Below, in pieces: positions 28,407-41,376 of a stretch of 58,214 bases of DNA (position 1 is its first letter; each line of letters starts with the position of its first letter). The translations under genes and the position numbers were made by a program. The notes beneath the pieces are model-generated. The model saw only the letters and a list, made by a program, of their open reading frames with translations, had not been told where the DNA came from and searched no databases. Source of the stretch: Oscillospiraceae bacterium (GTDB lineage Bacteria; Bacillota; Clostridia; Oscillospirales; CAG-272); assembly GCA_015064095.1 (NCBI GenBank), contig SVSW01000004.1, forward strand, positions 1 to 58,214. Direction: 5' to 3'.

Positions 28407-29113
28407 TGGTAGTAAAGCATGAATATTTTGTCGGGTATCAGTATATTGATACCGATTATAAAATAAAAAATTCAGCTCTGCTTTCGATGTTTGAGGATCT
28501 TGCGTGCATACACGGCTCGCGCGTCGGTGAAGATATACGTACGGCACCGACCGTGTGGCTGCTTTCGGCATATAAAGTCAAGATAATTCGCCGACCCGAA
28601 TACGGCGAATATATTACTGCTTATACTTGGAGCCGAGGCATGCGCGGAGTGCTCGCACAGCGCGAATTTGAGATCCGAAGCGCGACGGGAGAGCTGTTGG
28701 TTTGCGCCCTCTCCGAATGGGCGCACGTTTTCAAGGCAGGAGGACCTGCCCGCGTCACAGCGGAGCTTGAGGCGGCTTATGAATCCGAGCCGGAGCGCAC
28801 GAATTTTCCGGGCGAGCGACTTCGCCCGCCGCGTGAGTGCACAGAATACGATTCGGAAATGCAGTTCACGGTCGGGCGCATATTTATAGATGTTAATGAT
28901 CACATGAACAATGTTCATTATGCTGAGATCTCGGAGCTGATCTTGCCCGATGTTTCGACGGCAAGCTATAATTTTGAGATCTATTACAGAAAAGAGATAA
29001 AATGCGGCGAAACTGTCGTTTTGCGGCATACATCAGATGGAAACACGCACACCGTGACGGTCAAAAGTGCCGACGGCGCGATATTACATTCAATTATCAA
29101 ATACACAAAATAA
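28406..29113 (+). CDS. Acyl-ACP thioesterase family protein (hotdog fold)
   Basis: 235 aa. Its start overlaps the SDR stop (TAATG). The two-hotdog layout and the HMNNVHY motif are typical of acyl-ACP thioesterases. Confidence 0.75.
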   Translation: MVVKHEYFVGYQYIDTDYKIKNSALLSMFEDLACIHGSRVGEDIRTAPTVWLLSAYKVKIIRRPEYGEYITAYTWSRGMRGVLAQREFEIRSATGELLVCALSEWAHVFKAGGPARVTAELEAAYESEPERTNFPGERLRPPRECTEYDSEMQFTVGRIFIDVNDHMNNVHYAEISELILPDVSTASYNFEIYYRKEIKCGETVVLRHTSDGNTHTVTVKSADGAILHSIIKYTK

Positions 29114-29128
29114 TTTCGGGAGGTCACC

Positions 29129-31099
29129 TTGGACAAGTTTATATTGAAAAGTGAATATAAGCCGACCGGTGACCAGCCGGAGGCGATCGCCGCCCTCACG
29201 GAGGGCATTTTGCGCGGTGAAAAAAATCAGACGCTCATGGGTGTTACGGGATCGGGAAAAACGTTTACAATGGCCAATATCATCGCAAACGTCAATAGAC
29301 CGACGCTAGTGCTTTCGCATAACAAGACCCTCGCTGCCCAGCTATGCTCTGAGTTTCGTGAATTCTTCCCCGATAATGCGGTCGAATATTTTGTATCTTA
29401 TTACGACTATTATCAGCCGGAGGCGTATATTCCCGGCAAGGATATGTATATCGAAAAGGACGCGCTTGTTAATGACGAGATAGATATGCTTCGTCACAGC
29501 GCGACCTCGTCGCTTTTTGAGCGCCGCGATGTGATCATCGTTGCGTCCGTTTCGTGCATTTTCTCACTCGGAGATCCCGAGGAATATAATTCCTTGCACC
29601 TGGCACTGCGCCCCGGTATGCTCATGTCGCGAGATGAGCTTATTCGCCGTCTTATCGCGATAAGCTACGACCGAAACGATATGAATTTTGTGCGCGACAA
29701 ATTTCGCGTGCGCGGCGATACGGTTGAAATTTTGCCCGCATCAAGCGGAGAACGGGCAATACGCGTCGAATTTTTCGGCGACGAGATAGAAAGGCTTTCC
29801 GAGATAAATATCGTTACGGGAGAGATGATACGACAGCTTTCGTATATCGCAATATATCCTGCAACGCACTATGCCGTGTCAGACGAAAAGCGCGAGGCAG
29901 CACTCGCCGAGATCAAGCGCGAGATGGTCGAGCGCGTTGCGGAATTCGAGGCACAGGGCAAGCTTATTGAGGCGCAAAGGATACGCGAGCGCACGCTATA
30001 CGATATCGAAATGCTCCGCGAGATAGGATTTTGCTCGGGTGTTGAAAACTATTCGCGCGTGCTTTCGGGTCGCGCACCCGGCTCAACGCCCTATACCTTG
30101 CTTGATTATTTTCCCGATGATTTTCTTCTCTTTATCGACGAGTCGCACGTCACTTTGCCGCAGGTTCGCGGAATGTCGGGCGGCGACCGCGCGAGAAAGA
30201 AAAATCTAATAGATTTCGGGTTCCGTTTGCCCTCAGCTTACGATAACCGCCCGCTTTTCTTCGATGAATTTGAAAATAAGATCGGGCAGACGGTGTTTGT
30301 CAGCGCAACGCCGGGAGATTATGAAAACGAGCATTCGGAGCGCACGGTTGAGCAGATAATCCGCCCGACGGGCTTGCTCGATCCCGAGGTCGAGGTCAGA
30401 CCCGTTGAGGGTCAGGTCGACGATCTTATGGGAGAGATACGCGAGCGCGCAGCCGTCGGCGAGCGCGTGCTCGTCACGACGATGACCACAAAAATGGCGG
30501 AGGATCTGACCGAGTATTTTGAATCCAACGGAATAAAAGTTAAATATATACACCATAAGGTCGAAACGCTTGAGCGTATGCAGATCATACGGGATCTGCG
30601 CCTCGGCGTGTTTGATGTGCTTGTCGGTATCAACCTGCTTCGCGAGGGTCTTGATATCCCCGAGGTGTCGCTCGTTGCGGTGCTTGATGCCGATAAAGAA
30701 GGCTTCCTGCGTTCCGAGACCTCGCTCGTGCAGACGATAGGACGCGCCGCGCGAAACGAGCACGGAAAGGTCATAATGTATGCCGATACGGTAACGGGAT
30801 CCATGGAGCGAGCCATCAGCGAGACCAATCGCCGCCGTGCGATACAGAAAAAATACAATGACGACAACGGCATCGTGCCCAAAAGCGTCAAGAAGGGAGT
30901 TCGGGACGTTATCGAGCTCGGAACGCCCTCATCAAGCGACGACAAAAAAGCAAAAAAGCCTGAAAAGATGTCGAAAAAAGAAAGAGAAACAACTATCGAA
31001 CAGCTTGAAAAGAGAATGCGCGATGCCGCACGTCGCCTTGAATTCGAGGAGGCGGCATATCTGCGCGACCGCATAAAAGAGCTTCGGGAGCAAAAATAA
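29129..31099 (+). CDS. uvrB: Excinuclease ABC subunit B
   Basis: TTG start 5 nt after GGGAGG. It carries [23 protein letters not shown], and the C-terminal UVR motif [11 protein letters not shown]. Confidence 0.96.
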   Translation: MDKFILKSEYKPTGDQPEAIAALTEGILRGEKNQTLMGVTGSGKTFTMANIIANVNRPTLVLSHNKTLAAQLCSEFREFFPDNAVEYFVSYYDYYQPEAYIPGKDMYIEKDALVNDEIDMLRHSATSSLFERRDVIIVASVSCIFSLGDPEEYNSLHLALRPGMLMSRDELIRRLIAISYDRNDMNFVRDKFRVRGDTVEILPASSGERAIRVEFFGDEIERLSEINIVTGEMIRQLSYIAIYPATHYAVSDEKREAALAEIKREMVERVAEFEAQGKLIEAQRIRERTLYDIEMLREIGFCSGVENYSRVLSGRAPGSTPYTLLDYFPDDFLLFIDESHVTLPQVRGMSGGDRARKKNLIDFGFRLPSAYDNRPLFFDEFENKIGQTVFVSATPGDYENEHSERTVEQIIRPTGLLDPEVEVRPVEGQVDDLMGEIRERAAVGERVLVTTMTTKMAEDLTEYFESNGIKVKYIHHKVETLERMQIIRDLRLGVFDVLVGINLLREGLDIPEVSLVAVLDADKEGFLRSETSLVQTIGRAARNEHGKVIMYADTVTGSMERAISETNRRRAIQKKYNDDNGIVPKSVKKGVRDVIELGTPSSSDDKKAKKPEKMSKKERETTIEQLEKRMRDAARRLEFEEAAYLRDRIKELREQK

Positions 31100-31100
31100 A

Positions 31101-33929
31101 ATGTCAAAAAATATAGTAATTCGCGGCGCACGCGAAAATAATCTGAAAAATATAAATTTGACCGTTCCGCGCGACCGACTCGTGGTATTTACGGGACTTT
31201 CGGGATCAGGCAAAACCTCGCTCGCCTTTGATACGGTGTACGCGGAAGGACACCGCCGATTTGTCGAGTCGCTTTCGTCCTATGCCAGAATGTTTATAGG
31301 TCAGCTTGATAAGCCCGATGTTGACAGCATCGACGGGATTTCTCCCGCGATCTCGATCGACCAGAAGACCACCTCGAAAAACCCCCGTTCAACCGTCGGC
31401 ACGGTCACGGAAATATACGATTACCTGCGATTGCTTTACGCACGCGTAGGTGTTCCGCACTGTCCTGTTTGCGGCAAGGAAATTCGCCAACAGACGACGG
31501 ACGGGATAATAGATAAAATAATGTCACTTGATGAAGGCGAGCGCTTTATGGTGCTCGCTCCGGTCGTTCGCGCGCAAAAGGGTATGCACGACAAGGTGCT
31601 GACCGACGCGAAAAAAAGCGGATACGTTCGCGTTCGCGTTGACGGCAACATGTACGAGTTGACAGAGGATATTAAGCTTGATAAAAACGTAAGGCATAAT
31701 ATTGAGGTGGTCGTTGACAGGCTTGTGTGCCGTCCCGACGTGCGCTCACGTCTTGCAGATTCGGTCGAAACGGCACTTAATCTTGCAGACGGACATCTTT
31801 TGATCGTCACCGTGCCGCGTCAGGGAGAGCCGCAAGAGCTTGAATTTTCAACGCATTATGCCTGCGAGGAGCACGGGATCTCGTTTGGTGAGCTTGAACC
31901 GAGAATGTTCTCGTTCAATAATCCCGCGGGTGCTTGCCACGAATGTGCGGGGCTTGGCGTCACCCGTCGGCTTGCCGTTGAGCGTATAATTCCCGATAAA
32001 AGTCTGACGATCCGTGAGGGCGCTATCGACGTCAACGGATTTAAATCCATGGATGAGGATACTTGGAACGGGCCGCTTTTCTCGGCGGTCGGCGAGAGGC
32101 ACGGCTTTGATGTTGACACACCGATCGAAAAGTTCTCCGATCACGCGTATGACGTTCTGATGAACGGATCAGGCAACGATACCTACGACGTTACGCGCTA
32201 TTTCGGAAAGGAAGGCCGGCGTCAGGTCACGAAATTCGAGGGTATCATAAATATAATAAAACGGCGCATGCAAATGGGCATGAGCGAATATTACGAGGAG
32301 ATAATCGAGGAGGCGGACTGCCCGAAATGCAAGGGTCGCCGTCTTTCCGATATCATTCTTGCCGTCACGGTCGGCGGAAAAAATATTCACGAGTTTTGTG
32401 AGATGTCCGTGTCTGCGGCACTCGAATTTACGGAGCATTTGAACGACGGCTTCACCGAAAACGAAAAGCTGATCGCACGCGAGATCATCAAAGAGCTGCG
32501 CGCAAGACTTGGTTTTTTAAAGAGCGTCGGACTTTCGTATCTCACGCTCACGCGCCGCGCAGGCACGCTTTCGGGCGGCGAAGCACAGCGAATAAGGCTT
32601 GCAACGCAGATCGGCAGCTCACTTGTTGGAGTGCTTTATATACTCGACGAGCCGAGCATCGGTCTTCATCAGCGCGACAACGGGCTGCTTATCGGCACGC
32701 TTAAGGAGCTGCGCGATCTCGGAAACAGCGTCATTGTCGTCGAACACGACGAGGAAATGATGGAAAACGCCGATTTTATCGTGGATATCGGACCGGGTGC
32801 GGGAATACACGGCGGCGAGGTCGTGGCAACGGGAACACCCGCCGAGATCGCCGCGAACGAAAATTCGCTCACGGGCCGGTATATGTCGGGCAGAAAGAAG
32901 ATAGATGTGCCGGCAACTCGCCGAGAGGGTAACGGCAAATTTTTGCGCGTTTACGGTGCGGCGGAGCACAATCTTAAAAATATAGACGTGGAATTTCCGC
33001 TTGGCACCTTCACCTGCGTTACGGGAGTTTCGGGCTCGGGAAAATCCTCGCTCATAAACGGTATACTTTATCCGTATCTTGCCAATAAGCTTAACCGAGC
33101 AAACACAAGATCGGGGAAATTTGACCGCATTGAGGGCGATGAGAACCTTGACAAGGTCATTTGCATAGACCAAAGCCCGATAGGCAGAACGCCGCGCTCA
33201 AATCCTGCGACGTATACGGGACTTTTCTCCGATATTCGCACGCTTTTTGCGAAAACTCCGGACGCAAAGGCAAGAGGCTATGCGGCAGGACGCTTTTCGT
33301 TCAATGTTCGCGGAGGTCGCTGCGAGGCTTGCGAGGGTGACGGTGTCCGTTGCATTGAAATGCACTTTTTGCCTGACGTTTACGTCACATGTGACGTCTG
33401 CCGCGGCAAACGCTACAACCGCGACACGCTCGAGGTTAAATATAAAGGTAAGAATATTTACGACGTGCTCGAAATGACGGTGGAGGAGGGAATAACCTTT
33501 TTTGCCGATCACCCGAAGATCGCACGACGTTTAAAGACGCTTTTTGACGTTGGCCTCGGATATATCAAGATCGGCCAGTCATCGACGACGCTTTCGGGCG
33601 GCGAGGCACAGAGAATAAAGCTGGCGACCGAGCTTTCAAAGCGCGACACGGGCAACACGCTCTATATCCTCGACGAGCCGACGACGGGACTGCACACAGA
33701 TGACGTTTCAAAGCTGATAGGAGTTCTCCAAAGGCTTTGCGATGCGGGTAATACTGTGATCGTGATCGAGCATAATCTTGATCTTATAAAGACCGCAGAT
33801 CACGTGATCGACCTCGGACCCGAGGGCGGTGACGGTGGCGGAACGGTGCTCGTTTCGGGAACACCAGAGCAGGTCGCCGAATGCGAATATTCGCATACGG
33901 GTGTATATTTAAGGAAGAAACTTTCATAA
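31101..33929 (+). CDS. uvrA: Excinuclease ABC subunit A
   Basis: 942 aa with two ABC modules ([32 protein letters not shown] twice) and zinc-finger Cys pairs. Confidence 0.96.
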   Translation: MSKNIVIRGARENNLKNINLTVPRDRLVVFTGLSGSGKTSLAFDTVYAEGHRRFVESLSSYARMFIGQLDKPDVDSIDGISPAISIDQKTTSKNPRSTVGTVTEIYDYLRLLYARVGVPHCPVCGKEIRQQTTDGIIDKIMSLDEGERFMVLAPVVRAQKGMHDKVLTDAKKSGYVRVRVDGNMYELTEDIKLDKNVRHNIEVVVDRLVCRPDVRSRLADSVETALNLADGHLLIVTVPRQGEPQELEFSTHYACEEHGISFGELEPRMFSFNNPAGACHECAGLGVTRRLAVERIIPDKSLTIREGAIDVNGFKSMDEDTWNGPLFSAVGERHGFDVDTPIEKFSDHAYDVLMNGSGNDTYDVTRYFGKEGRRQVTKFEGIINIIKRRMQMGMSEYYEEIIEEADCPKCKGRRLSDIILAVTVGGKNIHEFCEMSVSAALEFTEHLNDGFTENEKLIAREIIKELRARLGFLKSVGLSYLTLTRRAGTLSGGEAQRIRLATQIGSSLVGVLYILDEPSIGLHQRDNGLLIGTLKELRDLGNSVIVVEHDEEMMENADFIVDIGPGAGIHGGEVVATGTPAEIAANENSLTGRYMSGRKKIDVPATRREGNGKFLRVYGAAEHNLKNIDVEFPLGTFTCVTGVSGSGKSSLINGILYPYLANKLNRANTRSGKFDRIEGDENLDKVICIDQSPIGRTPRSNPATYTGLFSDIRTLFAKTPDAKARGYAAGRFSFNVRGGRCEACEGDGVRCIEMHFLPDVYVTCDVCRGKRYNRDTLEVKYKGKNIYDVLEMTVEEGITFFADHPKIARRLKTLFDVGLGYIKIGQSSTTLSGGEAQRIKLATELSKRDTGNTLYILDEPTTGLHTDDVSKLIGVLQRLCDAGNTVIVIEHNLDLIKTADHVIDLGPEGGDGGGTVLVSGTPEQVAECEYSHTGVYLRKKLS

Positions 33930-33944
33930 AATGTACAAATATGC

Positions 33945-33973
33945 TTGACAAGTGAATATTTATGCTATATAAT
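33945..33973 (+). promoter_or_regulatory. Sigma-A-type promoter for the amino-acid ABC transporter operon
   Basis: TTGACA (33945-33950), 17 nt, TATAAT (33968-33973). Confidence 0.6.
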
Positions 33974-34014
33974 AGTCAGGTATTTAAATATTTTACTTTT
34001 TAAGGAGAAAAACA

Positions 34015-34857
34015 ATGAAAAAAATCATTTCTTTTGCGCTTGCTTGCGTGATGCTTCTTTCCGTGGGCGTTATGCTTGTATCGTGCAACCAGGACCAGAA
34101 CATTAAGGTCATAAACATTAAGCTGACCGACGAACAGTACGCATATGCCGTAAAGAAGGGCGATGCCGAGCTTTTGGCTTCTCTCAACGCCTTCCTTGCC
34201 ACGATCAAGGATAACGGCAAATTTGACGAGGTCGTTAATAAGTATTTCGGCGACGGAACACCCACCGCTGTTGTTTCCGCGACAAAGGACAGCACAAAGG
34301 ATCAGATCGTTGTTGCCACCAATGCCGCTTTTGCTCCGTTTGAGTATAAAGAGGGTAATAATTATTACGGCGTTGACATGGAGATCATGAAGATGTATGC
34401 CGATTCGGTCAACAAAGAGCTGGTTATAGATAACATGGACTTTGATGCCGTTTGCACGTCGGTTGGTCAGGGCAAGTGCGACATCGCCGCAGCGGGACTC
34501 ACCGTTAACGAAAAGAGAAAAGAGATCGTTGATTTCACCGAATCCTATTACGACGCCTCTCAGATGATAATCGTTATGGAAAACGACACCACATTTGATG
34601 CATGCAAAACAGCAGAGGATATCGAAAAAATACTCAACTCCTATGAAACCGAGATCAAGTGTGGCGTTCAGGGCGGAACCACCGGAGCATTCTATGCTAA
34701 GGGTGACGAGGACTGGGGCTTTGACGGATTCAAGTTCAGCACCAAGGATTATCCCAACGCCGGCCTTGCCGTTAAGGATATGCAGAACGGCAATCTTAAC
34801 TTCGTTATAGTTGACGAGGCTCCCGCAAAGAGACTTGTTGAAACCATTAACGGCTAA
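34015..34857 (+). CDS. Amino-acid ABC transporter substrate-binding lipoprotein (family 3 SBP)
   Basis: 280 aa. The signal peptide ends in MLVSC. It carries APFEY, DMEIM and GLTVNEKR motifs typical of polar amino-acid binding proteins. Confidence 0.88.
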   Translation: MKKIISFALACVMLLSVGVMLVSCNQDQNIKVINIKLTDEQYAYAVKKGDAELLASLNAFLATIKDNGKFDEVVNKYFGDGTPTAVVSATKDSTKDQIVVATNAAFAPFEYKEGNNYYGVDMEIMKMYADSVNKELVIDNMDFDAVCTSVGQGKCDIAAAGLTVNEKRKEIVDFTESYYDASQMIIVMENDTTFDACKTAEDIEKILNSYETEIKCGVQGGTTGAFYAKGDEDWGFDGFKFSTKDYPNAGLAVKDMQNGNLNFVIVDEAPAKRLVETING

Positions 34858-34871
34858 TTTTAAAACAGGAG

Positions 34872-34894
34872 AGGCTGTCGGATCGCTCGGCAGC
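34872..34894 (+). other. Intercistronic stem-loop after the binding-protein gene (possible partial terminator or mRNA stabiliser)
   Basis: GGCTGTCGG atcgc TCGGCAGCC forms a 9-bp stem with 2 G-U pairs, followed by TTTCT. Confidence 0.4.
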
Positions 34895-34923
34895 CTTTCT
34901 ACATAGAAAGGACATAACAAATA

Positions 34924-35625
34924 ATGAACTGGCAAACAAGCTTTGCGGAGTTTTGGCGCATATTTGCGGAGCAAGAGGGATATAAGGTCTTTTTGGTGGG
35001 ACTTGGAACCACTATGGCGATTGCAACTCTCGGATTGCTTATCGGAATTTGCGTCGGTATAGTAATAGCGGCAATAAAAGTACTTCCTAAATATAAGAAA
35101 GTCACCAGAGTTTTTCAGAAGATATGCGATTTTTACGTAGCGGCATTCAGGGGAACGCCTCTCGTTGTGCAGCTTTTGCTTGCTTATTACGTTATTCCCG
35201 GTATTTTCGGTATTAGCTGGCCGGCTGAGAACGTCTGCGTCGTCGTATTCGGCCTTAACAGCGGAGCATACGTTTCCGAGATCATGCGCTCGGGGATACT
35301 TTCGGTCGATCCGGGACAAATGGAGGCAGGACGCGCGCTCGGACTGAGCTATCCTGTGACCATGCTCAAAATAGTTATCCCGCAGGCCATAAAAAATATT
35401 ATTCCCACGCTCGGAAACGAATATATCTCGTTGGTCAAGGAAACCTCGATCGTCAGCTTCGTTACCGCTACCGATATATTTAAAAGCTTCAAGGAGATCG
35501 GAGATGCGACCTACGAGTACGTTGTTCCGTATCTTTTCATGGCGCTCGTTTATATTGTTATAGTTTTGATATTGACACTGCTCGTGAAGCTTCTTGAAAC
35601 ATGGCTGCGCAGAAGCGAAAAATAA
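34924..35625 (+). CDS. Amino-acid ABC transporter permease (His/Glu/Gln/Arg type)
   Basis: 233 aa, multi-TM, with the EAA-like loop EAGRALGLSYPVTMLKIVIPQA. Confidence 0.9.
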   Translation: MNWQTSFAEFWRIFAEQEGYKVFLVGLGTTMAIATLGLLIGICVGIVIAAIKVLPKYKKVTRVFQKICDFYVAAFRGTPLVVQLLLAYYVIPGIFGISWPAENVCVVVFGLNSGAYVSEIMRSGILSVDPGQMEAGRALGLSYPVTMLKIVIPQAIKNIIPTLGNEYISLVKETSIVSFVTATDIFKSFKEIGDATYEYVVPYLFMALVYIVIVLILTLLVKLLETWLRRSEK

Positions 35626-35637
35626 GGAGGCAGGATA

Positions 35638-36438
35638 ATGAATAATAACGAAAACATACTTATTGACGTAAGAAACCTCCGAAAAACCTTCAAGAAGAAA
35701 AACGGAGAGCCGGTTCACGCGCTGGACGGCGTTGATAATGTCATACATAACGGAGAGAAGGTCGTTATTATCGGGCCGTCGGGCTGCGGTAAAAGCACTT
35801 TTTTGCGATGCCTTAACTGTATGGAGGACCCCACCGCAGGATCTATATATTTTGACGGTGAGGACCTTGCCGATATGAAGGTCGATATAAACAAGCACCG
35901 CGAAAATATCGGAATGGTGTTCCAGCAGTTCAATCTTTTCAGCAACAAAACCGTTATTCAGAACATAATGCTCGCGCCGGTCTATTTGAAAACAAAAAAA
36001 GCAGGCGGTATCTTCGCCAAGGCAGAGGTCAAAAAGAAGATCAAAGCCGAGGTGCGCGAAACCGCTATTAACCTTCTTCGCAGGATCGGGCTCGAGGATA
36101 AGGCAAACGTTTATCCGTCCACGCTTTCGGGCGGTCAGAAGCAGAGAATAGCCATAATCCGCGCACTTGCGATGAATCCGAAGGTAATGCTTTTTGACGA
36201 GCCGACGAGCGCACTCGATCCCGAAATGGTCGGAGAGGTTCTCGATCTTATGAAGGAGCTTGCAAACGAAGGTATGACAATGGTCGTCGTTACGCACGAA
36301 ATGGGATTCGCACGCGAGGTCGCCGACCGCATAATCTTTATGGCTGACGGCAAGATCGTTGAGGAGGGGGCCCCAGCGGAGTTCTTTGAGAACCCCAAAG
36401 AGGAGAGGACCAAGCTGTTTTTGAAATGCGTATTATAA
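35638..36438 (+). CDS. Amino-acid ABC transporter ATP-binding protein
   Basis: 266 aa with Walker [10 protein letters not shown], signature LSGGQKQR, and Walker [12 protein letters not shown]. Confidence 0.93.
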   Translation: MNNNENILIDVRNLRKTFKKKNGEPVHALDGVDNVIHNGEKVVIIGPSGCGKSTFLRCLNCMEDPTAGSIYFDGEDLADMKVDINKHRENIGMVFQQFNLFSNKTVIQNIMLAPVYLKTKKAGGIFAKAEVKKKIKAEVRETAINLLRRIGLEDKANVYPSTLSGGQKQRIAIIRALAMNPKVMLFDEPTSALDPEMVGEVLDLMKELANEGMTMVVVTHEMGFAREVADRIIFMADGKIVEEGAPAEFFENPKEERTKLFLKCVL

Positions 36439-36453
36439 TATATGGATAAAATG

Positions 36454-36486
36454 ATAGCAGGCAGGCTTACTACCTGCTATTGTTTT
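36454..36486 (+). terminator. Probable terminator of the ABC operon
   Basis: ATAGCAGG caggcttacta CCTGCTAT followed by TGTTTT. The T-run is weak. Confidence 0.5.
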
Positions 36487-36654
36487 GCAAATAATTTTAA
36501 ATATACTATTGATGGTTTTGCTCTCGGAACGTGCAATTTTCGGCGGCGCTGTAAGGGTGGATTTTAGGTTTGGCACTTTTAGCTCCTTTTTGCTGAAAAA
36601 CAAATTATGCGCGAACAATTAACAAAAAATTCATATATTTTTTGCCTGCGGCTA

Positions 36655-36686
36655 TTGACAAAAAGCAAAAAGTGGGATAATATAAT
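36655..36686 (+). promoter_or_regulatory. Candidate sigma-A promoter of the hrcA operon
   Basis: TTGACA at 36655-36660. Possible -10 elements are GATAAT (36676-36681, 15-nt spacer) or TATAAT (36681-36686, 20-nt spacer). Neither spacing is ideal. Confidence 0.4.
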
Positions 36687-36694
36687 AGCGTCAG

Positions 36695-36721
36695 TTAGCA
36701 CTTAAAGCCAAAGAGTGCTAA
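36695..36721. promoter_or_regulatory. CIRCE operator (HrcA binding site)
   Basis: TTAGCACTT-N9-GAGTGCTAA differs by one mismatch from the consensus TTAGCACTC-N9-GAGTGCTAA. It lies 14 nt upstream of the hrcA ATG. Confidence 0.92.
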
Positions 36722-36734
36722 AAAGGAGGTAAAA

Positions 36735-37808
36735 ATGTTCGGAGACGAATTGAGCGAACGCAAACGTGCGATACTAAATGCAATAGTCGAAGCACATATT
36801 GAGGGCGGCGACCCCGTAGGGTCTAAATTCCTCGTGCAAAATAAGCAAATAGCCTGCTCGTCCGCCACGATCAGAAACGAGATGGCAGAGCTCACCGAGC
36901 TCGGATACCTCGAACAGCCTCACACTTCGGCAGGCAGAGTGCCAAGCGAGCTTGCTTACAGATTTTACGTTGATCAGCTTGCAAGGTCGTACGCGGTCAC
37001 AACACATGAAATAGACGAGATCAATCGCTTGCTTAAAGTCAAGATGACGGAGATCGATCAGATCCTATCAATGGCGTCCAAGGTCGCCTCGGTGCTGACG
37101 AATTACACGGGAATTGCCGTAAAGCAAAAGAGCGCGCAGATCTCGATCAAGCGCTTTGAGGGCTTTGTTGCGGACGAAGAAAATTTCGTGCTCGTTATGA
37201 TGACCTCGGCAGGAACGATAAAGACCAAATACGTCCGCGTTGATACGGGCATATCACCCACAACGGTCAATCAGCTGACATCGGTGCTAAACGCAAATAT
37301 TTCGGGCCTCACGGCAGACGATATCACGCTTCCGATCATTATGAACCTCGAAAGCCGAATGGGGAACGACGCACCGCTGATAGGACCGATAATCAAGTGT
37401 ATTTACGAGGTGCTGCACGAGCTTGACAGCGGCGAGCTTAAATATTCGGGTGTTGACAGACTTTTACAGTACCCCGAATACTCGGATACCGATCAGCTCC
37501 GAACGCTTATCGGCTCGCTTGAACGCAAGGACGAAATAATGGAGCTTATGTCGGGCGCGACAGATGACGAGATCAATGTTATTCTCGGCTCGGAAAGCCC
37601 CGTTCAGGTAATGAACAATTCGGCAATGGTCTTTAAACCGATAGTTAAAGGAGGCAAAAAGATCGGTGCTGTCGGCGTTATCGGGCCGCTTCGCATGGAT
37701 TATGCAAAGGTGCTTTCAACGATCGCCGGAATCACGGGTAGGCTTGCCGATATGCTTGATGACAATTCGTTGACAGAAGGAGAGGATACCAATGGAAGAA
37801 AAGAATGA
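36735..37808 (+). CDS. hrcA: Heat-inducible transcription repressor HrcA
   Basis: 357 aa with LSERKRAILNAIVEAHIEGGDPVGSK. Confidence 0.93.
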   Translation: MFGDELSERKRAILNAIVEAHIEGGDPVGSKFLVQNKQIACSSATIRNEMAELTELGYLEQPHTSAGRVPSELAYRFYVDQLARSYAVTTHEIDEINRLLKVKMTEIDQILSMASKVASVLTNYTGIAVKQKSAQISIKRFEGFVADEENFVLVMMTSAGTIKTKYVRVDTGISPTTVNQLTSVLNANISGLTADDITLPIIMNLESRMGNDAPLIGPIIKCIYEVLHELDSGELKYSGVDRLLQYPEYSDTDQLRTLIGSLERKDEIMELMSGATDDEINVILGSESPVQVMNNSAMVFKPIVKGGKKIGAVGVIGPLRMDYAKVLSTIAGITGRLADMLDDNSLTEGEDTNGRKE

Positions 37809-38313
37809 AACGGTAAATGAAGAAATAAAGACCGAAACAGCCGAGGTCAAAAAGAAAAAGACCAAGGAAGAAAAAAGGCTTGAGGCGGAGCTTGAAAAGC
37901 TGCAAGGCGAGCTCGCCGCCGAGACCGATAAGTATATGAGAATGCTCGCGGAATATGACAATTTCCGCCGCCGCACCGCAAAGGAGCGCGAGGGAATATA
38001 TGCCGACGCGTATGCCGATGCCGTAACAGAGCTTCTCCCGATCATCGACAATCTTGAGCGCGCTGCGATGTTTTCCGATGCCGAATCGGTCGGAAAGGGC
38101 GTTCAAATGACTCTGGCTGCCGTGCGCGAGGTGCTCGCGAAAATCGGCGTCACAGAGATCGAAAACGAAACCTTCGACCCGAATTTCCACAACGCCGTTA
38201 TGCACGTCGAGGACGAGGCGTACGGTGAGGGAGCGATCGTCGAGGTGCTTCAAAAGGGCTATAAAAAAGGCGACAAGATCATAAGATATTCAATGGTCAA
38301 GGTTGCAAATTAA
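37792..38313 (+). CDS. grpE: Nucleotide exchange factor GrpE
   Basis: 173 aa with a coiled-coil N-terminus, then RMLAEYDNFRRRTAKE. RBS GGAGAGGA lies upstream. It overlaps hrcA by 17 nt. Confidence 0.92.
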   Translation: MEEKNETVNEEIKTETAEVKKKKTKEEKRLEAELEKLQGELAAETDKYMRMLAEYDNFRRRTAKEREGIYADAYADAVTELLPIIDNLERAAMFSDAESVGKGVQMTLAAVREVLAKIGVTEIENETFDPNFHNAVMHVEDEAYGEGAIVEVLQKGYKKGDKIIRYSMVKVAN

Positions 38314-38318
38314 AATAA

Positions 38319-40175
<1,857 letters not shown>

Positions 40176-40233
40176 GACCACGGGCGGAGAGGGATTTATC
40201 CCTCTCCGCGCAGTGGCGTAAAGGCAGAAACAT

Positions 40234-41367
40234 ATGGCAGATAAAAGAGACTATTATGAAGTGCTCGGTGTCGCTAAGACAGCGAGCGACGACGAAATAA
40301 AAAAGGCGTATCGCAAGCTTGCGAAAAAATACCACCCCGACGTAAATCCCGGTGATAAGACAGCAGAGGAAAAATTCAAAGAGGCGAACGAGGCTTATGC
40401 GATACTTTCCGATGCGGATAAGCGCGCCGCGTACGACAGCTACGGCCACGCCGCGTTTGACGGCACGGGAGCTCAGAACGGTGGCGGCTTCGGCGGCGGA
40501 TTTGATTTCGGGGATATCGGTGATATTTTCGGAAGCTTTTTCGGCGGCGGCTTCGGAGGCGGTGGCTCGCAGCGCAGAAACGCACCGATGCGCGGGGACG
40601 ATATCGGTGTTCGCGTAACCGTATCCTTTGAGGAAGCGGTCTTTGGCGTTAAGCGCGAGGTGAGCTACGCAAGAGTGCAAAAATGCTCCGATTGCGGCGG
40701 CTCGGGTGCTGAAAAGGGAACAAGTGCCGAAACCTGCTCCGCATGCGGCGGTTCGGGTCAAAAGAGGGTCACACAGCGCATCGGCGGCATGGCTTTCCAG
40801 AGCACCGTTACCTGCCAAAGCTGCGGCGGCTCGGGTAAGATCATCAAAAACCCCTGCAAGAATTGTCGCGGAACGGGATATGTCAAGGTTACAAAGCGCC
40901 TTGATGTCAATATCCCCGCCGGAATCGACGACGGCGGACGCGTGGCGATACGCGGGCTCGGAAACGACGGAAGAAACGGCGGACCTGCCGGAGATCTTAT
41001 TATCATCGTTTCGGTAAGGCCGAGTGCTATATATGAGCGCGGCGGCGTTAACATCTATTGCAACGTTCCGGTTTCGGTCACAGATGCAACGCTTGGCGCA
41101 GAGATCGAGATACCCACGCTTGAGGGAACGGAGAAATTCACTATCCCTGAGGGAACACAGCCCGACACGAGCTTTACTCTGCGAGGAAAGGGCGTTCCTT
41201 ACGTTAATAACCCCAACCGTCGCGGCGATCTTGTCTTCACGGTTAAAATAGAGATCCCCCAAAAGCTCAACTCAAAGCAAAAAGAGCTGCTCGAAAAGTT
41301 TGCTCAGAGCTGCGGCGACGGAAATTATACGAAACGCACGGGATTTTTTAAGAAATTCAAAAAATAA
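40234..41367 (+). CDS. dnaJ: Molecular chaperone DnaJ
   Basis: J-domain DYYEVLGV...KKYHPD, a G/F-rich linker, and four CxxCxGxG zinc-finger repeats. Confidence 0.96.
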   Translation: MADKRDYYEVLGVAKTASDDEIKKAYRKLAKKYHPDVNPGDKTAEEKFKEANEAYAILSDADKRAAYDSYGHAAFDGTGAQNGGGFGGGFDFGDIGDIFGSFFGGGFGGGGSQRRNAPMRGDDIGVRVTVSFEEAVFGVKREVSYARVQKCSDCGGSGAEKGTSAETCSACGGSGQKRVTQRIGGMAFQSTVTCQSCGGSGKIIKNPCKNCRGTGYVKVTKRLDVNIPAGIDDGGRVAIRGLGNDGRNGGPAGDLIIIVSVRPSAIYERGGVNIYCNVPVSVTDATLGAEIEIPTLEGTEKFTIPEGTQPDTSFTLRGKGVPYVNNPNRRGDLVFTVKIEIPQKLNSKQKELLEKFAQSCGDGNYTKRTGFFKKFKK

Positions 41368-41376
41368 GGAAAAGAA

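Noticed and set aside
34000-36297. A 765-aa open reading frame on the minus strand spans all three ABC-transporter genes and both intergenic gaps.
   Set aside because: The three sense genes (starts 34015, 34924, 35638) share one reading frame, and the antisense frame is codon-aligned with it. Stops can therefore arise only opposite sense TTA, CTA or TCA codons, which these genes avoid. It has no RBS and no recognisable domain. Its first part is the familiar spurious product seen opposite ABC ATPase genes. The sense genes have unmistakable Walker, signature and SBP motifs. It is a codon-usage artefact.
36433-36618. A 61-aa minus-strand ORF lies in the ABC/hrcA spacer. It contains an internal AAAGGAG-N6-GTG start that would give a 47-aa product.
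   Set aside because: It would run through the ABC operon terminator hairpin and into the ATPase stop codon. Its composition is unremarkable and nothing independent supports it. The roughly 170-nt stretch 36487-36654 remains unexplained, but I saw no convincing structure or motif there.
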